Counted from the first letter of the stretch, positions 1-12,724 are shown. The stretch is DNA of 29,753 bases from a virus (IMGVR_UViG_2541047785_000004:1-29753); one strand, 5' to 3'. The notes: generated by a model not told the origin, from the letters alone. Numbers and translations are program-made.

Positions 1-60
1 AGTAACGTCAGCCTGCGAAGCAGTGGCTGAAACAGTTGTTGATTGAGTCTCTTTGGTCAT
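1..60 (-). CDS. Nu3: Scaffolding protein Nu3, nested in-frame start inside C (partial, first ~20 codons only)
   Basis: Internal ATG at 58-60 (minus) preceded by AGGAGGG; peptide begins MTKETQSTTVSATASQADVT, as for lambda Nu3 nested in C. Confidence 0.4.
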   Translation of the reverse strand, partial: MTKETQSTTVSATASQADVT

Positions 61-964
61 TCGCCCTCCTGAGAGACGGGATTTACGTGCATCCAGTGCA
101 TCACGCATAACGGTGATCGCATCGGTGCTGTTGACAAGTTCATCAGCCAGTCCGGCATCAATGGCCTCCTGACCGCTGTACACTGCAGCCTCGGTATCCA
201 GCACAGCCTGCACGGACAGGCCGGTATATGCCGACACCTTCTGCGCAAACATCCGGCGGGTTGCATCCATCCGGGACTGCAGTGTCTCCCGGACGTCATC
301 CGGAAGATGGCTGTAGGGGTTGCCATCCACCTTATGGCTGCCGCTGTAAATCAGCGTGATTTCCACGCCCTGTTTCTCCAGCGCAGCACCGTAATTACTG
401 TGAGCCATCATGACGCCGATGGAGCCTGTCCGGGCGGTCTGCGTGACCAGACGCCGGGAGGCGGCGCTGGCAAGCAGCTGCCCTGCACTGCAGTTCATGT
501 CATTGGCCAGCGCCCATACCGGCTTTATGTCACGCACACGGGCGATGATGTCAGCACAGTCAAATGCTCCCGCCACCATCCCGCCGGGCGTGTCCATATC
601 GAGCAGAATGCCGTCCACCATCGGATCGCTGGCAGCCTGTTGCAGACGGGCGATAATGCCGTTGTAACCGGTCATCCCCGAGTACGGCTGCAGCGCCCGC
701 GTCCGGCTGACCAGCGTGCCGGACACCGGCAGCACGGCGATGCCGTTCATGACCTGATAACTGCGGGCCTGTCGTGGTCCGTCATCATCACCGGATAATG
801 CCAGCGTCGCGAGTGCCTCCTGGGCAGTCAGGCTGTCGCCGGACACCGCATCCGTCAGGCGGCTGATCCCAAGCTGGCCTGCAAGCGCACAAAAGAAAAC
901 CCGCGCATAGGCGGGTTCAAGCATCAGCGGCTCATTAAAGGCCATGCTGGCAATATGCGGGAGA

Positions 965-984
<20 letters not shown>
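1..984 (-). CDS. C: Prohead protease / minor capsid protein C (lambda gpC-like, S49 family); GTG start at 984, 3' end runs off the window start
   Basis: Minus-strand translation from 984 reads VTAELRNLPHIASMAFNEPLM... and near the window start ...VLDTEAAVYSGQEAIDAGLADELVNSTDAITVMRDALDARKSRLSGGRMTKETQSTTVSATASQADVT, matching lambda gpC as recalled. Not in the ORF track because it is incomplete. Confidence 0.85.
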
Positions 985-4697
<3,713 letters not shown>

Positions 4698-5193
4698 ATT
4701 CCTTCATTTTTTCAGCGGACTCAACGCATTTATTAGCCCCCTTCGCAACCAGCTCTTTTAGATAAGCCAATTGTCTGCCTGTCAATTCAGGGAATTTTCT
4801 TTGCATCGAAAGCGGAATACTGTCCAAAACAGATGCCAGTTCTCCGGATAACCGAGACAGGGCAAAAATAGAGAAAGCTGTATCAATCACCTTATGCTCT
4901 GCAACCTGGTTTTTTAACCGCTGAGCAATAGCCTGTTCTTCCGTCAGGTTAACCCTGGCCTGAAGTAGCCTTTCCTCAAGATCATTTTCACCACCTGAAG
5001 ATTTCTGGTTTTGTTGACGTCGCTCGCGATCTATCTCCAGTACAGTTTTAACGTCATAGAAAACCTCTCTCCCCCGGCGCTCAACAGGAGGAACACCCCA
5101 TTTATCAAATGCCTGTACTGAGATACCGATGGAGGAGGCCATGTCGCTTTTATTCAATAAAAAGGCCACAGCCCCTCCATAAACCACCGGCAA

Positions 5194-5400
5194 AAAAGCA
5201 ATACAACAACCACGTTTTTTGTAAAACCCTCTGATTTTACATGCTTTTTCGTATAAGAAAGATCATCAGGTTGTTGTGTTTATTTTTCTTTCTTATTACT
5301 TATCAAGTAGATATATCAAACGATAAAACAACAACCATCACCTCAAAAAAACTCGTAAATAGCGAAAACCCGCGAGGTCGCCGCCCCGTAGCCTGCCGGA
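5194..5400. other. cos packaging site: cosB-like repeats (5203-5341) and cosN core (about 5357-5390), reverse complement of the lambda left end
   Basis: Reverse complement of 5357-5387 reads GGGGCGGCGACCTCGCGGGTTTTCGCTATTT, i.e. the lambda 12-nt cohesive end GGGCGGCGACCT plus flanking sequence. Three copies of ACAACAACC(A) (5204-5213, 5328-5341, inverted at 5269-5280) lie between cosN and the Nu1 start. Confidence 0.85.
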
Positions 5401-5946
5401 TCACCGGAAAGGACCCGCAAAACCGAGAATAAGTATCAATACTATTTGTGATTTGAATGATGCACATCATTGAAACGCCATTCATCCATATACCAGCAGC
5501 ATTCGGTGTTGCACTTCGTAACTCTGTGACTACGGTTATAAAAGCATTGGCAACTTTTGCCACCGGCAAGTCTTCAATGGATTTCCCCTGCCGGTTTTTT
5601 ATTTTCGTCGATGCATAACATTGCATTTACATCAATAGCAGCTATTGTCATTAGTATGTTGCATCGATGCATGGGTGGTATTGGCGGTCTTCGCCGACCG
5701 GTTCTGTGTAGCTCCCTATGACCGGTTTTTTATTTCTAAGATTACAGAAGCCCTTCACTGTATGAAGGGCTTCTGTAACTCTTCTTACTTAGTAATTTTC
5801 GCACCTTCCGGTATTTCCATGAGTTGAGAAATCCTCATACTATCCGACAATAATCATCAATATACGATAAAGACATCTGACCAGATTGCAGTATTAAAAG
5901 CACTCATGCAGACTACGCCCCTCATATCATATACAAGGGGATACTG

Positions 5947-6357
5947 ATGGCTCAGGTTGCCATTTTTAAAGAAATATTTGATCAAGTGCGGAAAGATTTA
6001 AACTGTGACCGGTTTTACTCTGAACTAAAACGCCACAATGTCTCACATTACATTTACTATTTAGCCACAGGTAATATTCACATTGTATTTGAGAGCGATA
6101 ACACGGTGTTAATAAAAGGTTTCCATGATGTTATTCATGTTAGCTTTTGCAGAGACACGCGACTTATAGAAACTTACCTTCATAAGTTGAAATCAAGAGA
6201 AATCACATTTCATGAATACAGGGTAAATCTGGCTAAAGCTGGAGTTTTCCGATGGGTTACAAATATCCACGAACACAAAAGATATTACTATACCTTTGAC
6301 AACTCATTATTGTTTACCGAAAGCATCCAGAACACGACTCAAATTTTTCCACGCTAA
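5947..6357 (+). CDS. DUF1398-like protein (YbcV-like / lambda right-end ORF), 136 aa
   Basis: ATG with upstream AAGGGGA; [40 protein letters not shown]...[18 protein letters not shown] closely resembles the recalled lambda/DLP12 right-arm ORF next to bor. Confidence 0.8.
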   Translation: MAQVAIFKEIFDQVRKDLNCDRFYSELKRHNVSHYIYYLATGNIHIVFESDNTVLIKGFHDVIHVSFCRDTRLIETYLHKLKSREITFHEYRVNLAKAGVFRWVTNIHEHKRYYYTFDNSLLFTESIQNTTQIFPR

Positions 6358-6581
6358 ACCATAACGTCCGGTTTGATCCGCCTCAGTAGCCGGCACTCCC
6401 ACACAGGAGTTACCAGTCGGTGCTGTGGCCATAGTTAATCTGGGTATACAGTAAAGATACAGCACATCTGGCATACTTTAATAAACATTAACAATATGAG
6501 ATTTCAACTCATTGTTTAGGTTTTGTTTAAATTTCCACAAATACGATGCACCAAACTTAAAAACACAACGGGAATCACACG

Positions 6582-6875
6582 ATGAAAAAAACGCTACTCA
6601 CTTTCACACTGGCGCTGCTTATCTCTGGATGTGCTCAACAGACGTTTACAGTTGAAAACAAACCTACAACAGTAACACCGAAGGAAACCATCACTCATCA
6701 TTTCTTCGTTTCAGGAATTGGTCAGAAGAAAACTGTCGATGCAGCCAAAATTTGTGGTGGCGCAGATAAAGTTGTTAAAACTGAAACCCAGCAAACATTC
6801 GTAAATGGATTGCTCGGTTTTATTACTTTAGGCATTTATACTCCGCTTGAAGCTCGGGTCTATTGCTCACAATAA
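6582..6875 (+). CDS. bor: Bor lipoprotein (serum-resistance lipoprotein), 97 aa
   Basis: MKKTLLTFTLALLISGCAQQTFTVENKP...: signal peptide with lipobox LISGC; near-identical to lambda Bor as recalled; opposite strand to the lysis genes as in lambda. Confidence 0.9.
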   Translation: MKKTLLTFTLALLISGCAQQTFTVENKPTTVTPKETITHHFFVSGIGQKKTVDAAKICGGADKVVKTETQQTFVNGLLGFITLGIYTPLEARVYCSQ

Positions 6876-7305
6876 TTACATGCGCTGCCCATCAATATGG
6901 GCAGTTTTATTTACACTGTTAACCCCTTGGTTGTTTCAGCCGCCGGGGTTTTACTTGTTATTCACTGGTATGAGTACGACATCTGGCTATTTCATTCCGG
7001 GCTTTACTGTCGCCGCGACAGATGCAACGCATCGTATCGCCGTTCAGCGTAGTGATATAAGCCTCATCCGTTTTCTCTACCTGCAAACATGAAATATTCC
7101 CGTTCCGGCAATACTCAATTTTTGCTGCCAGATGGGTATTACGCGGGTAAAACTCCATACGATACATATCCCCCCAGGACATGCACTTCCTCAACCTGAC
7201 GACCATCTTCAGTTACCGTAATCTTTTTCAGTGCGTACATACGTACCTCCGTTCTTTCGTTTTTTGAACAATAAAAAAGCCACCGAAGTGACCTTTTCGA
7301 TGAGT

Positions 7306-7860
7306 TTATAAACCAACGCGCTCTTTCATCCAGCCATAGACAAACGACTCGTTAGCCTCGCGTTTCTCTGCCAGCGCCAGATAACGCTCACCCTGCGTAC
7401 AGTTCAGGGCTTTCACCAGTACCAGTTCGCCATCCCTGCCGCGATTTTTCAGATAAGAACGTAACGCATTAATGGTTCGCGGCCCGATCCCCCCGTCTGT
7501 AACTATGTCCGGATACAGCATTCCCTTCTGATTAAACACATTCAGCCAGCGCTGAAGCATTTTTGTGGCTACCGACGGCCCCATGTTTACCCCAGTATCA
7601 CACAGTTCTGCAGCAATATCAGGAGACAGGTTTGCCACCTGGTCAAAACGAGGTCCATACCAATAGTCCGCCTCAAGGATTTCCAGAGCCTGCCCGCGGC
7701 TCAAATCACGCATATCACCACGGTAACCATGCGCGCGCGCCACTTTTTCAGTAATTCCCCACTTCGTCGCTCCGCCTGTATCGTCAGGATGACTGACATA
7801 CCCCCCCTCTTTTCCGAGGATTTCATCAAAAATTTCATCTCTCGATTTCATATCAGCCAC
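7306..7860 (-). CDS. Endolysin, GH108-type N-terminal domain plus peptidoglycan-binding C-terminal domain; start may be the ATG at 7851
   Basis: EILGKEGGYVSHPDDTGGATKWGITEKVARAHGY is the characteristic GH108 N-terminal signature. Lies immediately downstream of two membrane-protein genes; holin stop and endolysin start overlap (GTGgcTGAtATG). Confidence 0.8.
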   Translation of the reverse strand: MADMKSRDEIFDEILGKEGGYVSHPDDTGGATKWGITEKVARAHGYRGDMRDLSRGQALEILEADYWYGPRFDQVANLSPDIAAELCDTGVNMGPSVATKMLQRWLNVFNQKGMLYPDIVTDGGIGPRTINALRSYLKNRGRDGELVLVKALNCTQGERYLALAEKREANESFVYGWMKERVGL

Positions 7861-8131
7861 TCAGGAAAGCAAAAATTTTTGAAACATTACCGCGCGCACG
7901 CACTACCATGACACCAAACACCAGGTTCAGCATCACTACCAGCCAGTCTGCCGGCAACGGATGACCACAGAGATAACTTAACGGCGTTATCGCATACAAC
8001 AGCATCAGACACCAGGCGCACCACGATATCAGCGGTTTGTGTCGGGACTCTTTTCTGCGGTAGAAAAAAAGCGTCAGTACGATAACCGTACATAACGCCG
8101 CATTCAGTAATCCTGGAAGATTATTTGTCAT
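7853..8131 (-). CDS. Putative holin (class I-like, three predicted TM segments), about 92 aa from the ATG at 8131
   Basis: GGAGG before the ATG at 8131; three hydrophobic helices (LLNAALCTVIVLTLFFY, LISWCAWCLMLLYAITPL, WLVVMLNLVFGVMVV); overlaps the upstream gene stop (ATGACAAATAA) and sits directly upstream of the endolysin. Confidence 0.55.
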   Translation of the reverse strand: MTNNLPGLLNAALCTVIVLTLFFYRRKESRHKPLISWCAWCLMLLYAITPLSYLCGHPLPADWLVVMLNLVFGVMVVRARGNVSKIFAFLSG

Positions 8132-8513
8132 TACCACCACCTCCTCCACGCTGACGGGAGAACAGACCGGATACCAGTGATGTAATCTCCTGCTGGTGGA
8201 TGAATGACAGGACTTTTACTGAGAGCACCGACACCAGGACCGCACACAACGCATCAACGGAAGCACTGTTAAACCCAATACGTTCCGCCATGTAACCGGC
8301 CACACCACGGGCCCCAAGCACACCAACAATAAAGGACACCAGAAAATGTGCAGCCACACGCCAGGCTGAAAGTGTCTGCGGCATTGTTGCCACAAATAAC
8401 GCACCAGCGAACGCACCAAATACAATCCCGAAATCCGTCCCGGTAAACAGCCCGAATACCGTCGCCCCGCCGAGCGCCACAGCAGTGCCGGAACCGGATA
8501 AGGGTTCAGACAT
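8121..8513 (-). CDS. Glycine-rich multi-pass membrane protein, holin/antiholin-like, 130 aa from the ATG at 8513
   Basis: AGGAGA 7 nt upstream of the ATG at 8513; MSEPLSGSGTAVALGGATVFGLFTGTDFGIVFGAFAGALFVATMP... has several hydrophobic Gly/Ala-rich helices; first gene of the lysis cluster. Confidence 0.5.
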   Translation of the reverse strand: MSEPLSGSGTAVALGGATVFGLFTGTDFGIVFGAFAGALFVATMPQTLSAWRVAAHFLVSFIVGVLGARGVAGYMAERIGFNSASVDALCAVLVSVLSVKVLSFIHQQEITSLVSGLFSRQRGGGGGNDK

Positions 8514-8598
8514 ATTTATTCTCCTGTAAATAAAAAGGACCATCAGCGGCCCTAAAAAACTTTATCAAAGGTACCCGCAGATACCTTTTGTAGGCTGT

Positions 8599-8751
8599 TT
8601 ATTCAGATTTGCGAAGTAAAGGCCAGAGTAAGACCGTTACCATCGCCACCAGCACACCATCAGCCAGTACCGACATCAGCCATCCAGTGAAATCCACTGC
8701 CACTACCAGAAACAACAGGATGGCAGCCAGCACAAGGCGCGCACTTTTCAC
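8599..8751 (-). CDS. Possible 50-aa two-helix membrane peptide (GTG start overlapping the TerB-like stop, GTGA)
   Basis: Manual minus-strand translation: VKSARLVLAAILLFLVVAVDFTGWLMSVLADGVLVAMVTVLLWPLLRKSE*; two hydrophobic helices; below the ORF-track size cut-off. Confidence 0.25.
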   Translation of the reverse strand: MKSARLVLAAILLFLVVAVDFTGWLMSVLADGVLVAMVTVLLWPLLRKSE

Positions 8752-9173
8752 AGATACTGCTCCAGTGGTAACTGAAGCGCCTGTGCAATTTTCTTGAGCT
8801 GCGCTTCTTCATCCGGACCAATGCCATCCTGATCAGCGATATCCAGACAGAGGCAAAGCACGTCAACCGCCTCAGTTGTCCCCGCCACATCAGCCAGCTC
8901 ACGCAATGCATGCGCATTCGCACTACGCGGTGACGCTTCATAACGGGCGCGGATATTGGCGCTCATCTGGGCAATCTCACCAGAGAACGGTGCAAAAGCA
9001 GGAAGCGCAGCAATAGTTTTCTCCAGTACTGCGATTTCTTTCGCATCGCAGGTGCCGTCGGCATATGCAATGGAATATGCGCCCCAGACGGTCGCCTCCA
9101 CCGCATCACGGTTCTCCATCTTCTTCACTTCTGTGATGGCCTTGCGGGTTTTCTTTTTGAAAATACCTAACAT
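8748..9173 (-). CDS. TerB-like (tellurite-resistance TerB fold) protein, 141 aa
   Basis: AAGGAAAAG RBS before the ATG at 9173; two repeated acidic motifs (AYADGTCDAKEIAVLEK... and DIADQDGIGPDEEAQLKKIAQAL) typical of TerB-domain proteins. Confidence 0.55.
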   Translation of the reverse strand: MLGIFKKKTRKAITEVKKMENRDAVEATVWGAYSIAYADGTCDAKEIAVLEKTIAALPAFAPFSGEIAQMSANIRARYEASPRSANAHALRELADVAGTTEAVDVLCLCLDIADQDGIGPDEEAQLKKIAQALQLPLEQYL

Positions 9174-9354
9174 CGTGACTTTTCCTTTGCGTAGACGAGC
9201 CTGCGCCAGATGGTTACCAGCCCACAGTGAAAGTCACACTGACAATCCCGTAAGCACCTCCTGAAAGGCTCTGTGTTTTTGATGTGCGCCAGGTGTGGCT
9301 CAGATACAAAAAAAGCTCGCCGTAGCGAGCTAACAGAAAATATGAAGCATGTTT

Positions 9355-9633
9355 TTATCCACGAAGCATGACACTGAACTCATCCATGCCTACACGGCTG
9401 GCTATCTCGTTGTATTCCTCAACAAGAGCCAGCAATTCTGAATTAGCAGCCATGAACTCATCAAAAACCTTATGGATGGCATCACTGTTTAATAAAACAA
9501 TGTTCTTTCCTGAAAGGCGATCAGGGGTAGAAAATATAACTGTTAAACGACTAAAGGCCCTGGCTCGTTCAGCATTAACATCCTCAATACGCAGCAACAA
9601 GCTGGAGCACCTGGAAATATCATCAATATTCAC
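9355..9633 (-). CDS. Hypothetical protein, 92 aa (GTG start with AGGAG upstream)
   Basis: Complete ORF in the late operon direction; no recognisable motif. Confidence 0.45.
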   Translation of the reverse strand: MNIDDISRCSSLLLRIEDVNAERARAFSRLTVIFSTPDRLSGKNIVLLNSDAIHKVFDEFMAANSELLALVEEYNEIASRVGMDEFSVMLRG

Positions 9634-10149
9634 TCTACTCCTGCCATCTGGATGATAATCATTTCACGGAGAGAAGCACTCAGAAGTACCACTGAAGTAT
9701 AACTGGTGACCAGCTGCTTACACATCTGTTGCCATCCTGCTGATGATAAGTCGATATTAACCCTTCTGTCTATAAATGAAACAAAGGATAAGTTCAGGTT
9801 TTAACACTGCCAGGATAAAGTATTGTATACAGTATAGAAGAGCGTTATTGAATGACATAAAAAACCAGACCTAATCCCTTATCCGGAAGATATATCAAAT
9901 AAACGGGGAAAATGTATTAAGATGGCGTTCCTATTCTCTCCATCCCTGATGTCCACGTAACTCGTTATAGAATCAGAACGCCATCTGAATACACACAAAA
10001 AAGCTGGCTTCACACCCTCCTGCATGTGTGAACGCAGTGCCCGACCACGTGCTTTCGCAACCAGCGAAAATCAGTTTTAAATACCGAAAAACGATAAGAA
10101 TATATCAGAACTTCCAAGCATCCTGCTTGGCTTAGATATTAATCGAGGA

Positions 10150-11235
10150 TTAGCTCCTGTTCTTATCTAATTGTGCATTTCGCAATTTATCGTTCAGCAC
10201 CAATATTTCACCAACTGTTTGTTCAAAACGCCCGGACTCAAGTTCAACCCCAATCGTGCGACGCCCCAATCCCATTGCTGCTTTTATTGTTGCCCCCGAT
10301 CCCATAAAAAAATCCGCAACCACATCCCCCGGACGACTGCTGGCAGAAATTATCTGACGCAACATATCCGCCGGTTTTTCGCAGGGATGCTTACCCGGAT
10401 AATACTGCACGGGCTTATGCGTCCAGACGTCCGTATAAGGAACGGCGGCCGATACAGAAAAATAACGCCGCAGAGATTTGTATTCCTCAAGCAGACTGGC
10501 ATATTGCCGGTTCAGTTCACTGTATGTGCTGACCAGTTGCTGGTGTGGCGTTGCCAGCTCCCCACGCTGGTGCTTTTCTTCTGCAACACACGCGAACAGC
10601 GCCTGCAGTTTTCTGTAATCAGCTTCGTTCGGTAACTGCCACTGACAGGTACCAAACCAGTGCGACACCATGTTTTTCTTTCCGGTGGCTTCCGCTATCT
10701 GTTTGGACGTTATCCCCAGTGATTCACGCGCATCACGGAAGTAAGAAATCAGCGGGGCCATGACATGTTGTTTAAGCTCGCGCTCCTTTGCCGCATAGCC
10801 ATCATTTTTTGGCTGGTATGGCCCCTGATAATGTTCGGCAAACAGAATGCGCTCTGTTGCCGGGAAATACGCCCGCAGGCTTTCTTTGTTGCACCCGTTC
10901 CAGCGTCCGGACGGCTTCGCCCAGATAATGTGGTTCAGCACATTAAAGCGCTCACGCATCATGATTTCGATATCAGATGCCAGGCGATGACCACAAAACA
11001 GGTAAAGACTTCCGGCAGGCTTCAGTACCCGCCAGAACTGAGCCAGACACTGGTCCAGCCATTTCAGGTAATCATCGTCGCCCTTCCACTGGTTATCCCA
11101 GCCCTCGGGCTTCACTTTAAAATATGGCGGGTCTGTGACTATAAGATCGACAGAGTTTTCCGATAAGGTCTGGATAAATTCCAGGCAATCGGTGTTGATT
11201 AACTCACAACTGGATATTTTTACAGTATCAACCAT
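10150..11235 (-). CDS. Orphan DNA methyltransferase (beta-class amino-MTase, N6-adenine or N4-cytosine), 361 aa
   Basis: Motif IV DPPY (LIVTDPPYF) near the N-terminus and the AdoMet motif FxGxG (DFFMGSGAT) near the C-terminus, the beta-class order; no adjacent restriction endonuclease gene. Confidence 0.9.
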   Translation of the reverse strand: MVDTVKISSCELINTDCLEFIQTLSENSVDLIVTDPPYFKVKPEGWDNQWKGDDDYLKWLDQCLAQFWRVLKPAGSLYLFCGHRLASDIEIMMRERFNVLNHIIWAKPSGRWNGCNKESLRAYFPATERILFAEHYQGPYQPKNDGYAAKERELKQHVMAPLISYFRDARESLGITSKQIAEATGKKNMVSHWFGTCQWQLPNEADYRKLQALFACVAEEKHQRGELATPHQQLVSTYSELNRQYASLLEEYKSLRRYFSVSAAVPYTDVWTHKPVQYYPGKHPCEKPADMLRQIISASSRPGDVVADFFMGSGATIKAAMGLGRRTIGVELESGRFEQTVGEILVLNDKLRNAQLDKNRS

Positions 11236-11385
11236 AGATCAATAAGCACTTCTCTGATAGGCTCATACCGCTTTTGCGCAAAGCGGATGGGCCTGAGGTT
11301 TGCTTGTGACCCCGATTCATGAGCAGATGGCTGGCAGGTGCCGCTAACACCCACCAGCCGCCCATTACCACAAAGTAAAAAGCCT

Positions 11386-11583
11386 TCACTGCGGAAGGCG
11401 TCTGTAACAACCGAACTGATAATCTGCCAGACCCGCCATAACAAGCTGGGTCAGTATTAACTGACAGCGTTCGCGTGAAAGGTAAGTATTCTGCGCAATT
11501 TCCCCAACTGTTGCCGGTTCAGTGACGCTTAATTCATTAAACACCACTCTGGCTGTTTCTGTCATATCCTGCTGTTTTAGCAT
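11386..11583 (-). CDS. Small hypothetical protein, possible winged-helix DNA-binding protein, 65 aa
   Basis: ORF MLKQQDMTETARVVFNELSVTEPATVGEIAQNTYLSRERCQLILTQLVMAGLADYQFGCYRRLPQ with helix-turn-helix-like character; weak RBS. Confidence 0.4.
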   Translation of the reverse strand: MLKQQDMTETARVVFNELSVTEPATVGEIAQNTYLSRERCQLILTQLVMAGLADYQFGCYRRLPQ

Positions 11584-11755
11584 GTCTTTTTCTCTTTATT
11601 GGTTAACGTGACATACCAATAACTCTTGTCGAAGAAGCCAGCAAGCTGAAAGACCGGTATTAATAACCACCTGCACATTTTATGTACCGAACCATTTTTC
11701 TGGCATAAAAACCTCTCAATGGCGGGCGGTAAAAATCTTTGTTACTCAAGAAATT

Positions 11756-12469
11756 TTAACGCACTCTGACTGTATTAATTTCAAAATCATTAATATTTCC
11801 GCTATTAAATATAACGAATTTCTTACCCCCACTCCTGTATGATTTCGATAACACCAGACGATCATCATAACGCGCAATAATGTAATACCATACATTCTCA
11901 TAGTGGATCGCCTGATATTCCCTCTTAAACTGTGGTTTGTACCAACCGGCAATAAGAGAGAATGCCCAGAAATAAATCATAAACCCAGCCATCATGAACT
12001 CAATTCGGTGATGGCGAATAAAAGACATTTCCGAAAAACATTTGACTGAAACAAGTCTTCTTCCAGACCTGACAAAAAGCGTGATTGTAAAGGCAGCAAG
12101 AATGCAGAAAATCAGTACATCTGGCTCAACATGCTGATGAATTACCGAAAACTCCAGAACAGGTGGAATAAAAAGCAGCAATATCGCGAGAAAAAGCCGG
12201 ATAAAACTCAAATTTTGTATATTGCGCTTTTGTTTTATGCCCAAAAAGAAAACAATACCAACTCCCCATCCAATAAGGAATATAACGATAACTGTCACAG
12301 CATAAAACAAACTTCGTGCTACATCATCGACACCAGCCCCGACAACCCACCATGGAAAGCCATAGTAAAATGAAGTACCCCATCCATAGAAATAAGCGCT
12401 TCCCCATCCTAGACAGCCCATATAAGCAACAAAAAGTGAAGAGTTTCTGAGCAGAGCACTGTCATCCAT
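11756..12469 (-). CDS. Multi-pass integral membrane protein of unknown function (cargo downstream of pR'/tR'), 237 aa
   Basis: Low-GC ORF with 4-5 hydrophobic helices rich in Trp/Tyr/Gly/Phe (e.g. FYGWGTSFYYGFPWWVVGAGV, VTVIVIFLIGWGVGIVFFLGI) and a C-terminal soluble segment; first gene after the late promoter/terminator unit. Confidence 0.7.
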   Translation of the reverse strand: MDDSALLRNSSLFVAYMGCLGWGSAYFYGWGTSFYYGFPWWVVGAGVDDVARSLFYAVTVIVIFLIGWGVGIVFFLGIKQKRNIQNLSFIRLFLAILLLFIPPVLEFSVIHQHVEPDVLIFCILAAFTITLFVRSGRRLVSVKCFSEMSFIRHHRIEFMMAGFMIYFWAFSLIAGWYKPQFKREYQAIHYENVWYYIIARYDDRLVLSKSYRSGGKKFVIFNSGNINDFEINTVRVR

Positions 12470-12608
12470 AGTAACACCATTAACAACTCAAAAATATCAA
12501 CACATATTACATAACAAATTGGATTCCATGCAGTCAAGGGGCGTCATTGATGGAGAAAGTATTGGCACAATCATCATCACGTTTAATGTCTATGCCATTT
12601 TTTTGGGG

Positions 12609-12638
12609 ATAAAAAAAACCCGCTCGGTCACGGGTTTT
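12609..12638 (-). terminator. Rho-independent terminator (tR'-like) ending a short late leader transcript
   Basis: Minus-strand RNA AACCCGUGACCGAGCGGGUU followed by UUUUUUUU (plus strand 12611-12636 aaaaaaaacccgctcggtcacgggtt). Confidence 0.7.
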
Positions 12639-12688
12639 ACTAGCTTTGCCATCACGTATAAAAACGGCAAAATATCAGATTCACACGA

Positions 12689-12717
12689 AATATATGCCTT
12701 TTTATCTACTTTTGCAA
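12689..12717 (-). promoter_or_regulatory. Candidate late promoter (pR'-like): TTGCAA-N17-TATATT on the minus strand
   Basis: -35 TTGCAA (12712-12717), 17-nt spacer, -10 TATATT (complement of 12689-12694); lies 8 nt after the Q-position gene stop and about 70 nt upstream of the tR'-like terminator. Confidence 0.5.
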
Positions 12718-12724
12718 TACTTTG

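Noticed and set aside
307-798. Plus-strand ORFs of 163 aa and 85 aa (410-667)
   Set aside because: Antisense to the C/protease gene, which matches lambda gpC on the minus strand; Arg/His/Gly-rich translations typical of the reverse frame of GC-rich coding DNA.
5303-5626. 107-aa minus-strand ORF spanning the cos region
   Set aside because: Overlaps the cosN/cosQ sequence and terminator hairpins; no RBS; most likely non-coding packaging-site DNA.
6958-7206. 82-aa Cys-rich minus-strand ORF between the endolysin and bor
   Set aside because: Has a possible GAGGAAG RBS at an internal ATG, but lies downstream of the endolysin hairpin, overlaps a plus-strand ORF, and has neither lipobox nor TM segment, so it is not a spanin; evidence too weak to list as a gene.
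11228-11444. Overlapping 60-aa and 74-aa minus-strand ORFs between the small wHTH-like ORF and the methyltransferase
   Set aside because: Mutually overlapping frames with no RBS; one has a hydrophobic stretch but the evidence is insufficient; may hide a frameshifted small gene.
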